This document shows positions 35,166-49,100 of a DNA stretch of 64,000 nucleotides, one piece after another. Each line of letters opens with the position of its first letter. The stretch's first letter is position 1. Location: contig NIVC01002519.1 in the NCBI GenBank assembly GCA_002269645.1, positions 62,001 through 126,000 of the forward strand, read 5' to 3'. Made by a program: the position numbers and the translations under genes. The notes beneath the pieces are model-generated. The model had not been told where the DNA came from and did no database searches. It worked only from the letters and a program-made list of their open reading frames with translations. The stretch is from Macrostomum lignano (taxonomy: Eukaryota).

Positions 35166-36176
35166 AGTTTAAGTTTTGCTGCGCATGTTTGAATTAGTCT
35201 ACTTACAGTAGCATTTTATGAATAATTATTCATAACTCTACAACTTGTACTATATGCATTTACATAAAAGTTGACTTAAAAAGTCCAGGCAATGAGGTGC
35301 ATTTAAGCACAAGGCAACTGAGGCTGCAAGGCAACTGGTGAATTAATGAGTCAGTGTTTTTAATTCTGCTACAAGTACATTTGCGCATACATGTACATGC
35401 GCTATACGGTTTGACCTACTGACCACAGAATATCACAGTATTCTGTGCTACTGACCGTCCTTCCATGCAACCCCGACCAAATAAAGCTTTCATTTCGTAC
35501 ATATGTATGCAGTACGTAGTTTGATAGTCGTGCACAGTGTGTAAATACAGTATCTAAATACGCACTACCTTCGATTCACGATCATTTACATGTATTTCTC
35601 CCATTTAAAGGATCGTAAACCGAAGTGGATGTACATGTATAGGATCCCCGTCATCGCCATACAGTATATGCCACGGGAGACACCATAGCTCGGCTATATT
35701 CCGTTCAGTTTTTCTAGCGAAACGAATAAGCCCAGTTTAACAGTTTTTTGTTTCTTTTGAGCAGGCCATGATCGCTAAAATGGAAAATAACATAGGGTTT
35801 GGGAACCAAAATGCAGGTGAATAAATAATCGTAAACCGAAGGATTAGCGATTACTCTACGAATAAAACGAATACAATTCAATATAGAACGTTGATTTCTT
35901 CTGTACCTTCTTAAATAGTTGTGAAGGCTTCGTGTTTTTTGACTTGCTAATGACTAACAGCAGCTATAGGGTTGTGTACACGTAAAACGCAGTTGTCACG
36001 ATGTCCTCCAACGAGGTTTTTATAGAGGGATACATGCGAGCGAGCAGCAGGGTCTCTTGTAAAGAAAATTGAGTTAAAAAATACCGAGTAAACAATAACT
36101 GTCTCGTACACACGGATATCGCACTGTTTAACTTATACAAGTAAAACGCATAATAAAATAATTTTTCATACAAGTT

Positions 36177-36794
36177 TTAAAATATTTCGTCGCTAGCCGC
36201 CCGGTCAGCCTCCTGCTGGTCCACATCAACGAGGACGTCGTCTTCGGCGCTCTCATCCTCTGCCTGAGCATCCTGCTGGACATTGGCCGCATTGGCGCTG
36301 TTCTCTTCCTCAAAATTGTCTTCGTCCTCGTTCTCTGCTTGGTCGACCGCGTGCCGATTCTTGCTGGCTTTCTTCGACTGCTGGGTGCTGTCTTCGAATC
36401 TTTCTTCATTATCGTCTTCTTCGGCTGGGTCCTGCTCTTCTCCTTCTTCTCCATCTTCCTCTTCTCCTTCTCCTTCTTCTTCTTCTTCTTCACATTGTTC
36501 ACCTTCTTCTCCATCGTCTCCATCTTCTTGATCTTCGTCTTCACACGCCTGCTGTTCACTTTCATCCTCTTCCTCAGCGCCCTGGTCGGCATCGCCCCCT
36601 TCAACTTCCTCTTCCTCCTCTTCTTCTTCTGCTCCTCCGTCTTCTTGATCTTCGTCATTTTGCACCTCGTTGCCATCTTCTTCGAATTCATCCTCGCCAT
36701 CCTCAGCCTCATCTTTTGTCTGCTGAGTCAAATTTAGCTTGTTCTTGTTGTTAGCACTGCGGTTGTCATTGAGCTGGCAGCTTGAATCGTTCAT
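36177..36794 (-). CDS. Hypothetical very acidic, probably disordered protein, 205 aa (may be one exon of a larger gene)
   Basis: Open frame from ATG with about 92 of 205 residues D/E and mixed codons rather than a pure nucleotide repeat. No homology recognised. Confidence 0.55.
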   Translation of the reverse strand: MNDSSCQLNDNRSANNKNKLNLTQQTKDEAEDGEDEFEEDGNEVQNDEDQEDGGAEEEEEEEEVEGGDADQGAEEEDESEQQACEDEDQEDGDDGEEGEQCEEEEEEGEGEEEDGEEGEEQDPAEEDDNEERFEDSTQQSKKASKNRHAVDQAENEDEDNFEEENSANAANVQQDAQAEDESAEDDVLVDVDQQEADRAASDEIF

Positions 36795-38109
36795 GGTGAA
36801 ATTGATACTTTTTGACCATGCAGTTTCACAGATATGCGACAGATATGATATTAATATAGATTAACCTCCATCGGTTTTGTCGGCCATTTAATTAGGTTCG
36901 TCTTTTCCCGTGGAAGACCAAGTCTATGGTAAATTTTCAGTCAATTTGATTCTCAGTGCCGAAGACTAAAAAGAGGACTAAGAAATAAGTTTGAGTTTAG
37001 TATATTGTGATTATACTCAGTAGAACAGCAACAAATATGGAGGAACGGGGATAGGGAATGCAGAAATCGCAAAGCTTCTTATTTGGTCAACAGTCACTAT
37101 ATTTGGTCAAAAGCTAATGATAGTCCAATCAAGACTCACACCCATGTGATTCTGAATGGATTCAAGCGCCCATTCCACTTTGCGTCTCGTGCCATCGGGA
37201 ATAGCAGCCTGAAACTTTAACTGAACACCATGGTAAAACGACTAACTACCAGTATAGATGATGCTGTTGAAGCAATCGTCGAAGTAGAAGCAGAGGTTCA
37301 GTCTCTTATCTAGTGAAAAAGTTAACTCAATTAATACATAGCTTGGCTTTCATTAGACACTTTGCGTATGATATAAATGTGGGGGCTTGGACGTGCCACG
37401 TGCTGACTTTGCGATTGGGATGAATTTCTGTTGAATCTTCTGCTTCAACGTTCAGTAAAACTGCAGCCACCAACTGCCAATTCAGCTCTTGAAGGATCTC
37501 AGCAATAAATAGGATAAATCCACCAGCGAGAAGCATCTCGGAGTTCAAAGCTACTCTGCTCAGCCAGAAAAGAATATTCGCTGGAAGCGCCTCCGTTGAG
37601 ACTGCGGGAACTGTCGGATGTGACCAGTGACAAGACGTCGCAGGCATTAGCCTAGCAAACAAAATGATTCTGTGATATATTTTTTCTTGAAACAATCGCT
37701 TTAAACACTCTCTGTGCGTTACATCTCAACAACGCTACAGAAAACATATTCAGTAGCATTTTAGCATAAGGTATTTTCGATAAGCTGTCTGCTTTTCACT
37801 TTGGTTTTAGACGAGAAAAAAATAGCATTTGAAAGCTTGTGGATAAAATTAACAATGCAATTGTATTGCTTCAACTAGCTAAAATCTAATTGACTTCTCA
37901 TACATTTTAAAACAGAAAAAGTATGCAATTTTAAGCTCAATCTCAGCTACTGTCGCTTTTCACTTGGGGCTGAAAAAATCTGCATGTAGTGAACAAATTT
38001 ATCCTGTCGGTCAAGTCAACCCACTTTAAGGATATTCGCTCACGAAATCATGTGAGTGATCAATATGTACATCTATCAGTCTATGAGTCTGGTATGCTGA
38101 GTACTCGGG

Positions 38110-39250
38110 CGGGAAGGAGTGCGAGTCTACCGGACTCTCATCAAGTCTCCAGATGAAGCTCCAGGGATACTTGAAGCGGCAAGAAAACTGCTCAATGAGC
38201 ACTTTCAGTTTCAGCCCACCATCAGCGTGTATGCCAAGCGCTATGACTTCCGGCTGTGCATCCAGCGGAGCGGCGAAGGCGTGCACGCATTCGAGGCAAA
38301 CTTGCGTCATGCCACCCTCAACAACTTCGCCAGCGTGCACAGGAGCAGCACTGCGGCACCGAACTCGGCTCGGAAAAAGATTGAAGGCGTCGACTTCGAC
38401 AGCTCCGCTCAACAAAGAATCTTTGCCGTGAGCACGGACGAGAAGGGCGAGTACAAGAGAGCCAGCGTCGGGATCCCCTGCGACCGTTTGGGAGACAGCT
38501 CGTGTCATAAAACGGCTCCAGCATCAGCGTCTACGGCGGGGTCAACGCCACGGTTGAGTTCGACTGCGTCCAGCTCCCGTCGTTTACCTTCACCGTCGTC
38601 ATGAACGGCGATGACCTGATGGAAATCTACCTGATGGACAAGCTGAACTGCAGAGTTCTCGGGCCTTCCAGACATCAGATTGCTGCGGTCGAGTCCCGAG
38701 GAGTCTTCGACCATGTCGATACCCGAACTGCCTCTAGCGCTGTGCCATGAGTGCGACAGCGAGATTCAACGCCCGCTGAACTGATGCTGGGACGGAAGCT
38801 CCGCCTGCTTCTCGAGCGTCTTCAACCAGCAAGCACCGAGTCAACGACGGACCAGGAACTGCGGCGCAGCGTCACGGAGCGACAGCAGCAGGCCAAATGC
38901 CACCGTCGGCTACGCAAGCAAAACCACCCGCTGAAGGACGCAGCGCTGACAGTCTGGAGCCGCGTCCGCGTCCGCCGGCCGAGGCGCGGAAAGCTCAGCA
39001 GCGGCTTTTTCGAGCCGCAGACAGTCGTAGTCGTGAGGGCAACACGATCACTTTGTTCGATGGCAGCCGCTGGCACATCAGCCGCCACATTCTGGATGAC
39101 CACCACGGCTGGGGTGACGGGGCCGACGACACGGAGGCTCCGCAGCAGCCTGACGACTGGCAACCAGAGGTGGCGACGCCAATGCCACCGCTGCACCGCT
39201 CTGAGAGACTTCGCACTCTGCATCTAGCTGCAGAACGACCTCTCCTCTCC
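38110..39250 (+). mobile_element. Degenerate Ty3/Gypsy LTR-retrotransposon internal remnant
   Basis: Gag-like KRYDFRLCIQRSGEGVHAFEANLR and integrase-tail-like TPAELMLGRKLRLLLERLQP. Many frameshifts, no LTRs seen. Confidence 0.65.
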
Positions 39251-39741
39251 TTCCCTCGCAACGCCTGCGTTGGCTTTGTTCATTTGGCTGGCAGCCATAA
39301 CAGCTTCATTGTCAAATAGGCAAAAATACTGCTTTTTAGGCTGATAGCTTATGGCGCATGAATGTGTTAAGCTAGCTGCAATATCCCAAATGTTCCACAT
39401 CTAACGGGCACATTAGATTCATAAAAATAGCTCTGATCTAAAATTTCTCTTTGAAGAGAGGGGTTTGATAAAGCAGGTACTCAAACAATAAAAGCACTTA
39501 AATTCATACTCAGTGCTTTGATTGAATTGAAAATAAATTGCTAGAGAAATTTTTTAACTCTTTGATCAACGGTTGCCTAGTAACCTGTAAACATTTCTCA
39601 ATGCATCGAGTTGTCGATAAATGGCTCAGTAAAAGAGCCGGCGGCAGAAGCGCGGTGCGACTGCTTGTGCGCCCCTTACTAGCTGCTAGAAGCGCTTCGG
39701 CTCGAGACAGACGTGTCGCTGGGAGTCCCACTAAGCCTGCT

Positions 39742-40914
39742 ATGGTCCTGCTACTCGCTGCTCTGCTGCCACTGAGCAACACCTCCGGTTACTTCAGCTC
39801 ATCGAACATAGGCATAGGAACGGGGGAGGGCAGTGGGGCGGGCCATGCCCCCCCCCCCACTTTTAAAAATGGGGGGCCAGTAATGGTATCTGGCCCCTCC
39901 ACATTTTAAATGTAAAATGTGGACTTCTTGTTTATTTTTGGTTTTTGCTGCTTTCCACGAATGCATTTTGCTGCAGGGCGACAAAACATAGCGCCTGCAG
40001 CGCCAAAATGAGTGCCTGCGGCGCTAAAAGGCGGGCCTGCGGCGCCAAAATAAGTGCCTGCGGCGCTTTATAAAATGAGTGCTGACCAGATGGAGTCTGA
40101 AAATAATCGGTACATGATAATGTGCATTTTCCATATAAAAAAATCTAACTCGACCGGGGCGTGCGCCCTGTGCGCCCCCCCCCCTAAATCCGTCACTGAA
40201 CCTGCCCCCCCCACTTTTTGAAACGTTCCTACGCCTATGTCATCGAAGGCTAGCTGTGCATCAGGAGCGACTTCGTTGAAACTGCTACGGAGGCCGGATC
40301 TGTGACAGCTTGCGCCATCCGATGCCATTTTAACCCGAGCTGTCAGGCGTCAGGCGTTCAGCCTGGCTGACGGTCCGTGCCAGCTGTTCGTGTTCGACAA
40401 GTGCAGCAAGTCAGTGAGGGACTGCGGCTGCTCCAGGAGAGGCCGGGTGTTTGTGAAGCAGCAGCCGGGACTCGAGGCGGGCGCGCTGTGTCCGTCTGGC
40501 TACGGAGACGACCTGTGCGGAGTGAAGTACAAGCTGCACTTTAACGCCGATTTCTGGTGGCCGAGCAGACAGAAGTGCGAGTCGGAGAGCGGTCTGGTGA
40601 TCATGGCCGACGTGGTGGACGCCTCCGAGATGAGCCACGTGGAGACGATCTACAGCAAGTACAGCGCCGGATTCACGATGTGGCTCGGAGGCTACCGGAC
40701 TCCCGGAAGTCCCGAGCCGAGAGGCGGCTGGCACTGGGCCAGCTGCAACATCACCATTGACGACAGCCTGTGGAATGCGGTGGAGCCGGGCAACTTCGGG
40801 CCACATGGCGAAAATGTAATCGGCCGATATCACAATTCGAACAACCTGGCTGATTTCTGGGAGTCGTTGGAAAAGTACAGAGTGCTGTGCGAGTGCGTGT
40901 CGCCGTTTGTTTGA
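39742..40914 (+). pseudogene. Secreted PAN/apple-like + C-type lectin domain gene, disrupted
   Basis: Signal-like MVLLLAALLPLSNTSG, PAN-like CAIRCHFNPSCQAFSL...CQLF, and CTLD WLGGYR...GGWHW...WNAVEPGN...VLCEC. Broken by a MITE, a frame discordance and a 7-bp duplication TCAGGCG (40343-40356). Confidence 0.7.
39807..40239. mobile_element. hAT-like MITE
   Basis: TIRs CATAGGCATAGGAAC / GTTCCTACGCCTATG. Perfect 8-bp TSD TCATCGAA (39799-39806, 40240-40247). Confidence 0.88.
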
Positions 40915-41292
40915 GCTGTGGAGAGGCCAATGAATCCGATCATGCAATGCTGGTTATTAAGTTTTTAACTCAAACGCAACCTTTTAACGCAATAACCTGT
41001 CTTTTACGATAATAACCAGTCTTTTAACGCAATAACCTTTTAGCGCAATAGCCAGCCTTTTAATGAAACAACCTGTATTTTAATCACTTTGAAACTGTCT
41101 GATTATAGCAACAATGAAGTTATTCACACGCTTTCCGCAGTTTCCAGAGTTCTGAAGTTGAATTTCGAAATAAAATTCTCTCAAGTTTAAGTCTGACATA
41201 TTTAAAATAACGGGGCCTGATTAGAATCTACCTGCAAACCAAATAATAAAAGAATTAATACTTCATTTATTTCATACATTGATCATGGACAG

Positions 41293-43230
41293 TGCTGCCC
41301 CAGTGAGTATGGTGGGCGTTTAATCAGAGAGGCGAAGACCTCCTAGCCTACGTTGCCTCTACGACCCTCGAGTTCTGCAACTCTGGGTCCACTCCTACTT
41401 TTGACAACGGACGGTGGTCGGAGGTGATCGACGCAACGCTCGCAACACCCAGGCTCTACCTCTACAAGGCGTGGCGAGTGCTTCCAGTGTCCTAACTCTC
41501 GGATCACAAGTTCATCTCCTTCAACCTGATGGCCGCGCGTAGCGCAACTCGTGTTACATGGAGACGGAACGCCAGAAATACTGATTGGGAAACCTTCGGG
41601 CTCGCTCTGGAGGAATTCCATCGGTCTCCTGGCCAACCATCCACGATCACGTCGTGCCGAGAGGCGGATGAGTGCGCGACTGTGTTGACAGAAACGCTAA
41701 CCGCCGCCTTTGAGGCATAAAGGTAAAAAATCTGCGCCGTGGTGGAATCCCGAGCTCGGCAATCTCCGTCGCAGAGCTAAGAGACTCCACCGCAGAGCAA
41801 CTAAAACTAAGAGCCCAGCGGACCAAGCCGCCTATCATGAAGCAATTCATGAGTTTAAGAGGCAGGTTAGGAATGCAAAGGCTCAGAAATGGCGACAATA
41901 CTGCCAAGAGCTAGAGGGTTCACGCCTCACCTCCAAAATTGCAAAAGCGCTTACGCTGTGATTTTCATCCCTAAGCCAGGTCGCCCGGACTACCATTATA
42001 TCAAATCCTTCAGACCAATCGGCCTGACCTCCTCCCTGGTCAAGCTGATGGAGAGACTGCCAAAGCACGGCGCCTTCTCTCTGTAGAGCTGAAGAACAAG
42101 CCCCTCAGAGGCGTTCCGAACAGCTCTTTGTGAGAGGCAAACGCACTCACATATCACCGGATGGATCATGTACATGATTAGCCATCGCACGGCCACCGCC
42201 AGTCTGCTGGGCCACCAGAGGACGGTCCCCGTCTGCAAAGGTAGCCCGCAAGGTGGGGTGCTGTCTCCAGTTCTATGGAATATGGTCATCGATGAGCTCC
42301 TTCGGGATGCTCGGCCTGACCCCATTCTGAAAGTAGGATATGCGGACGGTGTTACCGCGGTGGCATCTGGTCCGTCCCCTGACACCCTCAGGAACCTTCT
42401 TCAGAACTTTATCTACGCCGCTGAGCAATGGGCGGATCGTTGTGGTCTAAAGCTCTCTGAGACTAACACCGCAGCGATCATGTTCACCAGCAGGACCAAG
42501 TGGCAGATTCGGCCGCTCACGCTTTACGGAAGGGAAATCCCCTTCTGCAAGCAAACTAAATGTCTAGGTATTACCCTGGACCACAGGCTGAACTGGTCAC
42601 CCCATGTTCATGCAAAAGCAAAAGAGAGCCCTCGCAATCCTCGCGCAACTGCGATGAGGCTCAAAGAATTGAGAGACGGCGACGGGCTCCACGTCTTATC
42701 TGACGGCGAACCCCGCACTCTCAACCTCTTTCAGCGCTACAAGGTCACCATCCCCTCTAGGAATGTTGCCACTGACCACTGGAATTTCCAGGAGGTGCAT
42801 TGCTACACGGACGGATCCATTAAAAACGGCCATGCCGGCTTTGGGGTCTGCATCATCATCAACGGCCGCGTCATTGCCACGCATGCCCAGCACACTGGCA
42901 GACTCTCCACAGTCTTCCAGAACGAAGTCCTTGCCATCAGCTTCTGCGCTGCAGAGCTGAACTCCAAGGGTACGAGAGGAGATACTAGATTGTCATGCAC
43001 TCCGATAGCAAAGCGGCCTTACTGGCCCCTCTGCCACACCACAACGAACTCCCGGACAGTCGCCGACTGCATCCGGCAGCTCAACCTCCTGGCCAGTAGC
43101 AATATTGTCAGGCTGAAGTGGATCCCAGGGCACGCTGGGTTTCCGGGGAACGAGCTGGCAGACACCCTCGCCAATAGGGCGACCCCGCCTCCCCGCTGTG
43201 TCTACTCTGCAGCTAAGTCAAGTAAGTCAA
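41293..43230 (+). mobile_element. 5-prime truncated, multiply deleted LOA/R1-group LINE
   Basis: 12-bp TSD GATCATGGACAG (41281-41292, 43231-43242) and the same TAAGTCAAG tail. Remnants of APE, PWWNPEL, RT (GSPQGGVLSP, YADG) and RNase H (YTDGS, WIPGHAG). Confidence 0.9.
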
Positions 43231-44809
43231 GATCATGGACAGCTGCAGTAAAAGGATGCTACGATCGAGCGCACATTCGATTTCTTGTAAATGAGCAAAG
43301 ACGCCGGTACGCAACGTACGAGCGTACATAACGGTATCTCCTGCAACGAGTCCATCATCTACACCATCTGCCCTTTCAACTCATTGTTTCTTATTCACTC
43401 GACAAATTGAGCTTTCGACGGCCCCAGTCGGCTGTACTAAATCTAAACACTAACGCGAGGTCTCTCCAGTGGCCTCTGATCCTCAGGTCTCTGATTCTTG
43501 ATCCACCAGCTTTCTAAGTTCCCTGGTGAATATCATCGGCATTCGGGTTTTTGGACTTGCACTGCCGCAGAACTGTCTTGTGAGTTTCAGATGCGGTCTG
43601 CTCCTTCTGCTGAATTGTGCTGTGCCATTCTGGGTTAAAGCTTCATCGATGAGCAGGGAGGGAATCCTTTGACGAGTGTCCATATACAGCATGAGGGAGG
43701 GAATCTTGTCCTTTCTTTGTCGTTGTTTCGATAATCCTCAGATTCTCTGATAATATTCTTGAGCAGAATTTAGTGCAGATATACATACGGTACCGCATGC
43801 ATCGTGTCTATCATCCAGACAAATAACTCTCCTCTCTCTCCTTACTAGCTTAAGCTTGGGCCGCGCAATCAATCAATTAATCAACCAATCAATCAATCAA
43901 TCAGTCAACCAATTAACCAACCAACTAATTGATCAATGAATTAATGAATCAATTAACTAATCAATCAATCAATCAGTTAATCAATCAATCAATTAATTTT
44001 TTTCTCTGGATTTTCATTTCAAATCAGTCAGGTCCTAAAATATGTCGTTTTATTAAACAAAGTAGTGTAGTGATCCGCTAGTTGGTGTTAGGCGTCGCAC
44101 TAAGTCAGCAGTTTCCCTCGCCCTCGCCCTCGCCCTGGGTTGCTGTCTGCCGCTGGTCAGCTTCCCACCTCCCTTCTGTCGGTCTGTTCGTTGCCCCTTT
44201 CCCCTTTTCTGCCCGTTTTCTGCGCCCGTTTTCTGCCCGTTTTCTGAAACGTGAGCAAGTCACATGACAGATCTTGCTTTCTTGGAGTCCTAAAGTGCAG
44301 TAAACATGTTTACTGCACTCGCTGGTCTGTATTTACGGGAGAATCACGTACCTAAGGCCCTTCCCTTCTCTATAAGAAGAGGAGTGACTCATGTTTCTAA
44401 AAATAGACACTGAGTCACAGCCGTGTGCACTCTGCCTGGAGGCCCCAGTGATGTCAGTTCTAAAAATAGAACAAAGTCACGAGGTCTTGTGCGTTAGGGC
44501 AGTGGTGAATCCCGCGCTATAAATGCAGACCCCCTTCACCCTTGGTTCAATCAAGGAGGCTTCAATCAAGGAGGCTTCAATCAAGGAGGCTTCAAATTTC
44601 CGAGTTCAGTGCGCGAACGCCTGTTCTGTGTCTGAGTACGTTTGACCCATTGCTATTGGTCTGAATGAGACCCACCTAAGCCAACCCCAAGCCTACGAGA
44701 GGCTAACACAGCCCTCCCATCCACCCACCGAGCCCGGCAGGATCTGCTGACGAGACGCCCTGTACGTTGAGCGACGTTCAAAACTGAATGTGAAGGAGAG
44801 AAGCAAAGA

Positions 44810-45030
44810 TTTTAGGCGTTGTGAAATTTAGGCGATATGAAATTTAGGCGTTGTGAAGGAGGCTGCATATATTTTAGGCGTTGTGAAATTTAGGCGATAT
44901 GAAATTTAGGCGATATGAAATTTAGGCGTTGTGAAGGAGGCTGCATATATTTTAGGCGTTGTGAAATTTAGGCGTTATGAAATTTAGGTGATGTGAAGTC
45001 ATGTGCATTAGGCGTTGTGAAATTTAGGTC
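44810..45030. repeat. 16-bp minisatellite (TTTAGGCGTTGTGAAA)
   Basis: Directly visible. Confidence 0.9.
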
Positions 45031-46150
45031 TTATGAAGCGCCCCCCCCCCCAAATATGCACACGCTGCTGAGTTCGTTGACTTGTACTTCTTTCGTTCCG
45101 ACGGGAAGCTGACCTCACCGAAGGCCGAGACCTGAAGGAACTGGTGACAGCACTAACTACGCTACTAAGAGCTAAAAAGGCTTCCGATAGAAGAGGCTCG
45201 AGACTTAAGGTAAACTATAAAGTGCCTAAACCGGGAAGCCAACGGCGTCTACTTCAGTAGCAAGATCTCAGAACTCTTTGTTTAAAATCAGCCGAGTAAA
45301 TTGTAGCTATTGCCATTTAATTTTGCGTGCTTTTCAAATATGATATATATTTTTTATATTATATTGGAGCAGACAGGGACACCACAAAAAAACAAAAATA
45401 TTTTAATTTTCTTATGGTTTTTAAAAACGTGTTTTCCTCCATCAATTTTTTGCCACGCTGATACAAAATAATTTTCTATAACTAGATGAAAATAAAATAT
45501 ATATGCTTAAGATTAGGATTCTGTTCAAACAAATTGTGTAAAACTTTAGAGAGATTCTTGTCAATCAATAAAATAAAAATGGGAGCTATAGTTTGTTGCT
45601 GAGAAACATGTAAACAAGTAAAAAAATGATTGCGCGCTTTTCCACAAACAATTGATTTGAGAAAACGTTATTCAGTTGCCACGCTGTTACGGCTCGTACT
45701 TTGTGGCGCTGTTTGTCCAGTGAAAAATATTTCGAATTTTGCTTAGACTAACCATCAAACCTACATGCACATTTAAAGTAGTAAACTTAGGAAAAAGTAT
45801 ATCTATGCAACAGTCCGTACTACGTACTGTTCTGGTTAGTTAGACTAAAAATACGAAACTAAAGAGAAACTGGTTGCGAAATTACCAGCAAAAAAAGATC
45901 CATCACACAAAAACATTTGCACATTATATTGACTATAGGGACAAAGGAATGAAAAACACTGACATCAAGGAGTTTTTTAGAGACTAAAGACGCACTTTCA
46001 CGGGAACAAACGATAAATAACAAATGACTAATCAACAATCAATGCGCTATTCATTGAGATCTGAGACTTAGTCATGAGACTTTCCGTTAAGAAATATAAT
46101 TATCTAAAGGAGGAAACTTTGTTTCACAATTTGCGATTTACAATCAGCCG

Positions 46151-49100
46151 TCACATTGGTTTGTCCAGTGCGTCCAAATAGTTTTCATTGATTACCTTTG
46201 GTATTAGAAGGTGTCTGAAATTTTTAGATGAAAGCTTCTTGTACTCCTGTTCAATAACATAGCTATCATTCAACAAAGCTTTACGATTATATCATATCAT
46301 GACAATGTATACGTAAATGTTAATTGCGAGCTGCGCTTCACAATGCCCTTTGCCCCGAGTCCCAACCGGCTCCACCTCTCCTCTCCCTGCCGCTTGCGCA
46401 TCCTGATCTGCCTCTGTCTTTCTTGTTGTTCCGCCATTCTTGTTGTCATTTTAGTTTTATCGTAGTTTGTATTTTGATTGGCTGGATCCCGTTTCCGTTT
46501 CTCTCTCGTTTGGGCTAGTCCAAATCAGGTCTCTAGCCGTGGAGGCTCCTGATTGGCTAGCCTCCCTCCTTCTTTCTCTCTCGCCCTTCAACTCTGTGAG
46601 TTTTGTCCCCAACCCCAGCCCTGTGTGACTTTGCCCCAACCCCCCCTGCATGTGTAACTTTGCCCCCACCCCCAGCCCTGTGTGACTTTGCCCCAACCCC
46701 CCCTGCATGTGTAACTTTGCCCCCACCCCCAGCCCTGTGTGACTTTGCCCCAACCCCCAGCCCTGTGTGACTTTGCCTCAACCCCCAGCCCTGCTCTCAC
46801 CCCACCGTGTGCAGTATTTATGTGCACGCACTACTCTCCCTCCACCCCTCTATAGTCCTTCGCGTGCTTAAGTTAGTGAAAGAAAGGTGAGATATTCATC
46901 AGAAATATATAATTCTACAAAGAAGCGAAGCGAAGTCAGCTGTTCATGAGCGCATCGAGTAACCTCTCCCGGTAAGAAAGTGTTACTCTTTATTTATTTA
47001 TCCCTATCTACTTCTGAATTCTTTCCTTCCCGTCGCAGTCTTAACTCGGATCTGCGAAGTGTCTGTACGCCTCCAGACCCTTGTTCACCTCTCAAGTGTC
47101 TGTACACTTGTCCGCACCTCCCTCTTGTCGTAGGGCTGGACGAGTGTCCGTAAACGTTCCCAGCCCATCCACTTCCGCTCCGAAGTGCCCATACGTATAT
47201 AGAGATCGATGTAATATATTTATTTTTTTAGAGGCAGGGGGGTTGTGTGCACCCTGGCGCACTTTAAGCGACATAGGCACACAACCGGCGAGAGGCATTA
47301 CTGCCCATTCCGCCGACTCCCCTGAGCAGGCACACAAGCGCGCGGATACGTACGCAGGCACACACTCACACAGGAGTGTACAGCGGCCCTAACTTTATAT
47401 TATCGTTAGGCATGTACACTTCACTGCGCCTTGGGGGGTTGGCTCTCAAGGCCGTTAATTGCACGAGCAGAGCCAAGCCGAGATTCCAATTCAGCCCCAA
47501 ATTAATGTGACTGCACTTGGAATCGAGCCTGGGTCGCTGGCACACCAGTGCAGCTGCGCTACCGCTGGGCTACGGCCCCCTGATGTAATATATGATATAC
47601 AATATAATTATTGCTACGTTTGTTGCTACTCACACTTTCGACGAGGGTCTTAAAATGCAAAAACAATTAAAACAAGTTATACCGATAGCTATATTGAATA
47701 TTAACCTGGCGAGTAGTACAGTAAACTATAAGCGCTTACTGCATATCTCTGTAATTGGTTCTGCACTCACCTGACAGGCATCTGCAGCAGTAAAATGACT
47801 GGGAATCCCAGCTTAGCATAGGCAATGCTGTTAAAACCCAAAGCGCACAGAACTAGCACTTGCAGCAGTTGCAAGCAGGTGAAGATGTGCACCTTGCGTT
47901 GCGGCACTCGCCTCAGAAAGTGAGAGGGCGGATAGGCGGCCTGAAACAAGTTTTCAAAGTACTTATTGAACTTATAATCAACACTATAGTGAGCAAAAAC
48001 AAAACAATCACTTGTGCAGTAAGGCTCATATTCTGTTCTATTGCATTTTCGTAAGTCAAATTCCCGCCAAATAACAGTTACACGAATATTTTGTTTTAAT
48101 ATGATATTTGTTTTAACGTAGTAACTTTTTAGCGAGTCGAATAATTTGTTTTTTTAAACTAAATGTTTGTTTAAACGAATGTAACGCGAGCCAATAGAGG
48201 TTTCAGTTAGTATAAATCTATTAGTAATTAATATAGTAGTCAGCAGTGGCACTGGAGCTACCAGGGTAACTCGTACTGACGATAACCCATACATATAGGC
48301 ATAATTATTAGGATTCCTAGGGTTAGAAATAATAAACTTAGTACAATTAGTGGAGTCTTAATAGAGAGAAGTTTAGCCCTAGTACAACTTGGTGGCATTA
48401 GTAACTAGGCAAAATTACACCTGTAACACTTGTTTATTTGCAATTGAAAGTCCAGAATTGGTATGATATTGGAGAATTTTTATGTTTACTTAAAAATCTG
48501 AGATAATTTTCTATCTCTTTAATGCAGCGAAATTTCCTCCATATGCGAGTGTAAAACCGTCCTTTAGCCTTAAATTTTCCATGCTTATAATGTACAACTA
48601 CACGAGTATATGATTATTTCTGGCGTGTATTATAATTTTTAACATAAAGTAAAATCCTGTTATTACTGGATGACGCGTATCGAACTCTCACACTGAATGC
48701 AAGCTTTCTTGTTTATTATTTGAGCAAACCATATTATTTGTCCAAACTACAGTGTGTATACGAGGCAGTCAAAACGTCTATTCTACGCGATACTCCGTGT
48801 GTGTGCACCCCATTAATTAACTTGCTGAATAGCCGGCATAACACCCCCCATACCTGCTCCGTAAACAATAGCAGAGTCCGCTCGAACAGCTGATTCCCAA
48901 TCAGAGCCGTGATGGCCATGCAGATGAACAGGCCATCCAGCACTGGCACTGGGATGAACTGCAACGGCAGCGGGCACATCAGCAGGGACAGACCAATCAG
49001 TAGACTCGAAACGATGCCCGTGACGCGAGTCTCGCGAACTCTGACCACCCTGTCAGCAGTTTGAGGGTATAATCCGATTGTTACTCATGGTAGTTACTGG

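Noticed and set aside
37140-37695. Possible minus-strand exons upstream of the acidic ORF
   Set aside because: Some splice-like signals and a 122-aa ORF exist, but I could not build a consistent frame or recognise a domain.
44280-44760. Solo LTR
   Set aside because: It has a TATA-like motif and a 16-bp triplication, but no TG...CA ends with a TSD and no second copy.
47510-47580. tRNA gene
   Set aside because: A and B boxes are present, but the acceptor stem is incomplete and the sequence continues into a repeated SINE body.
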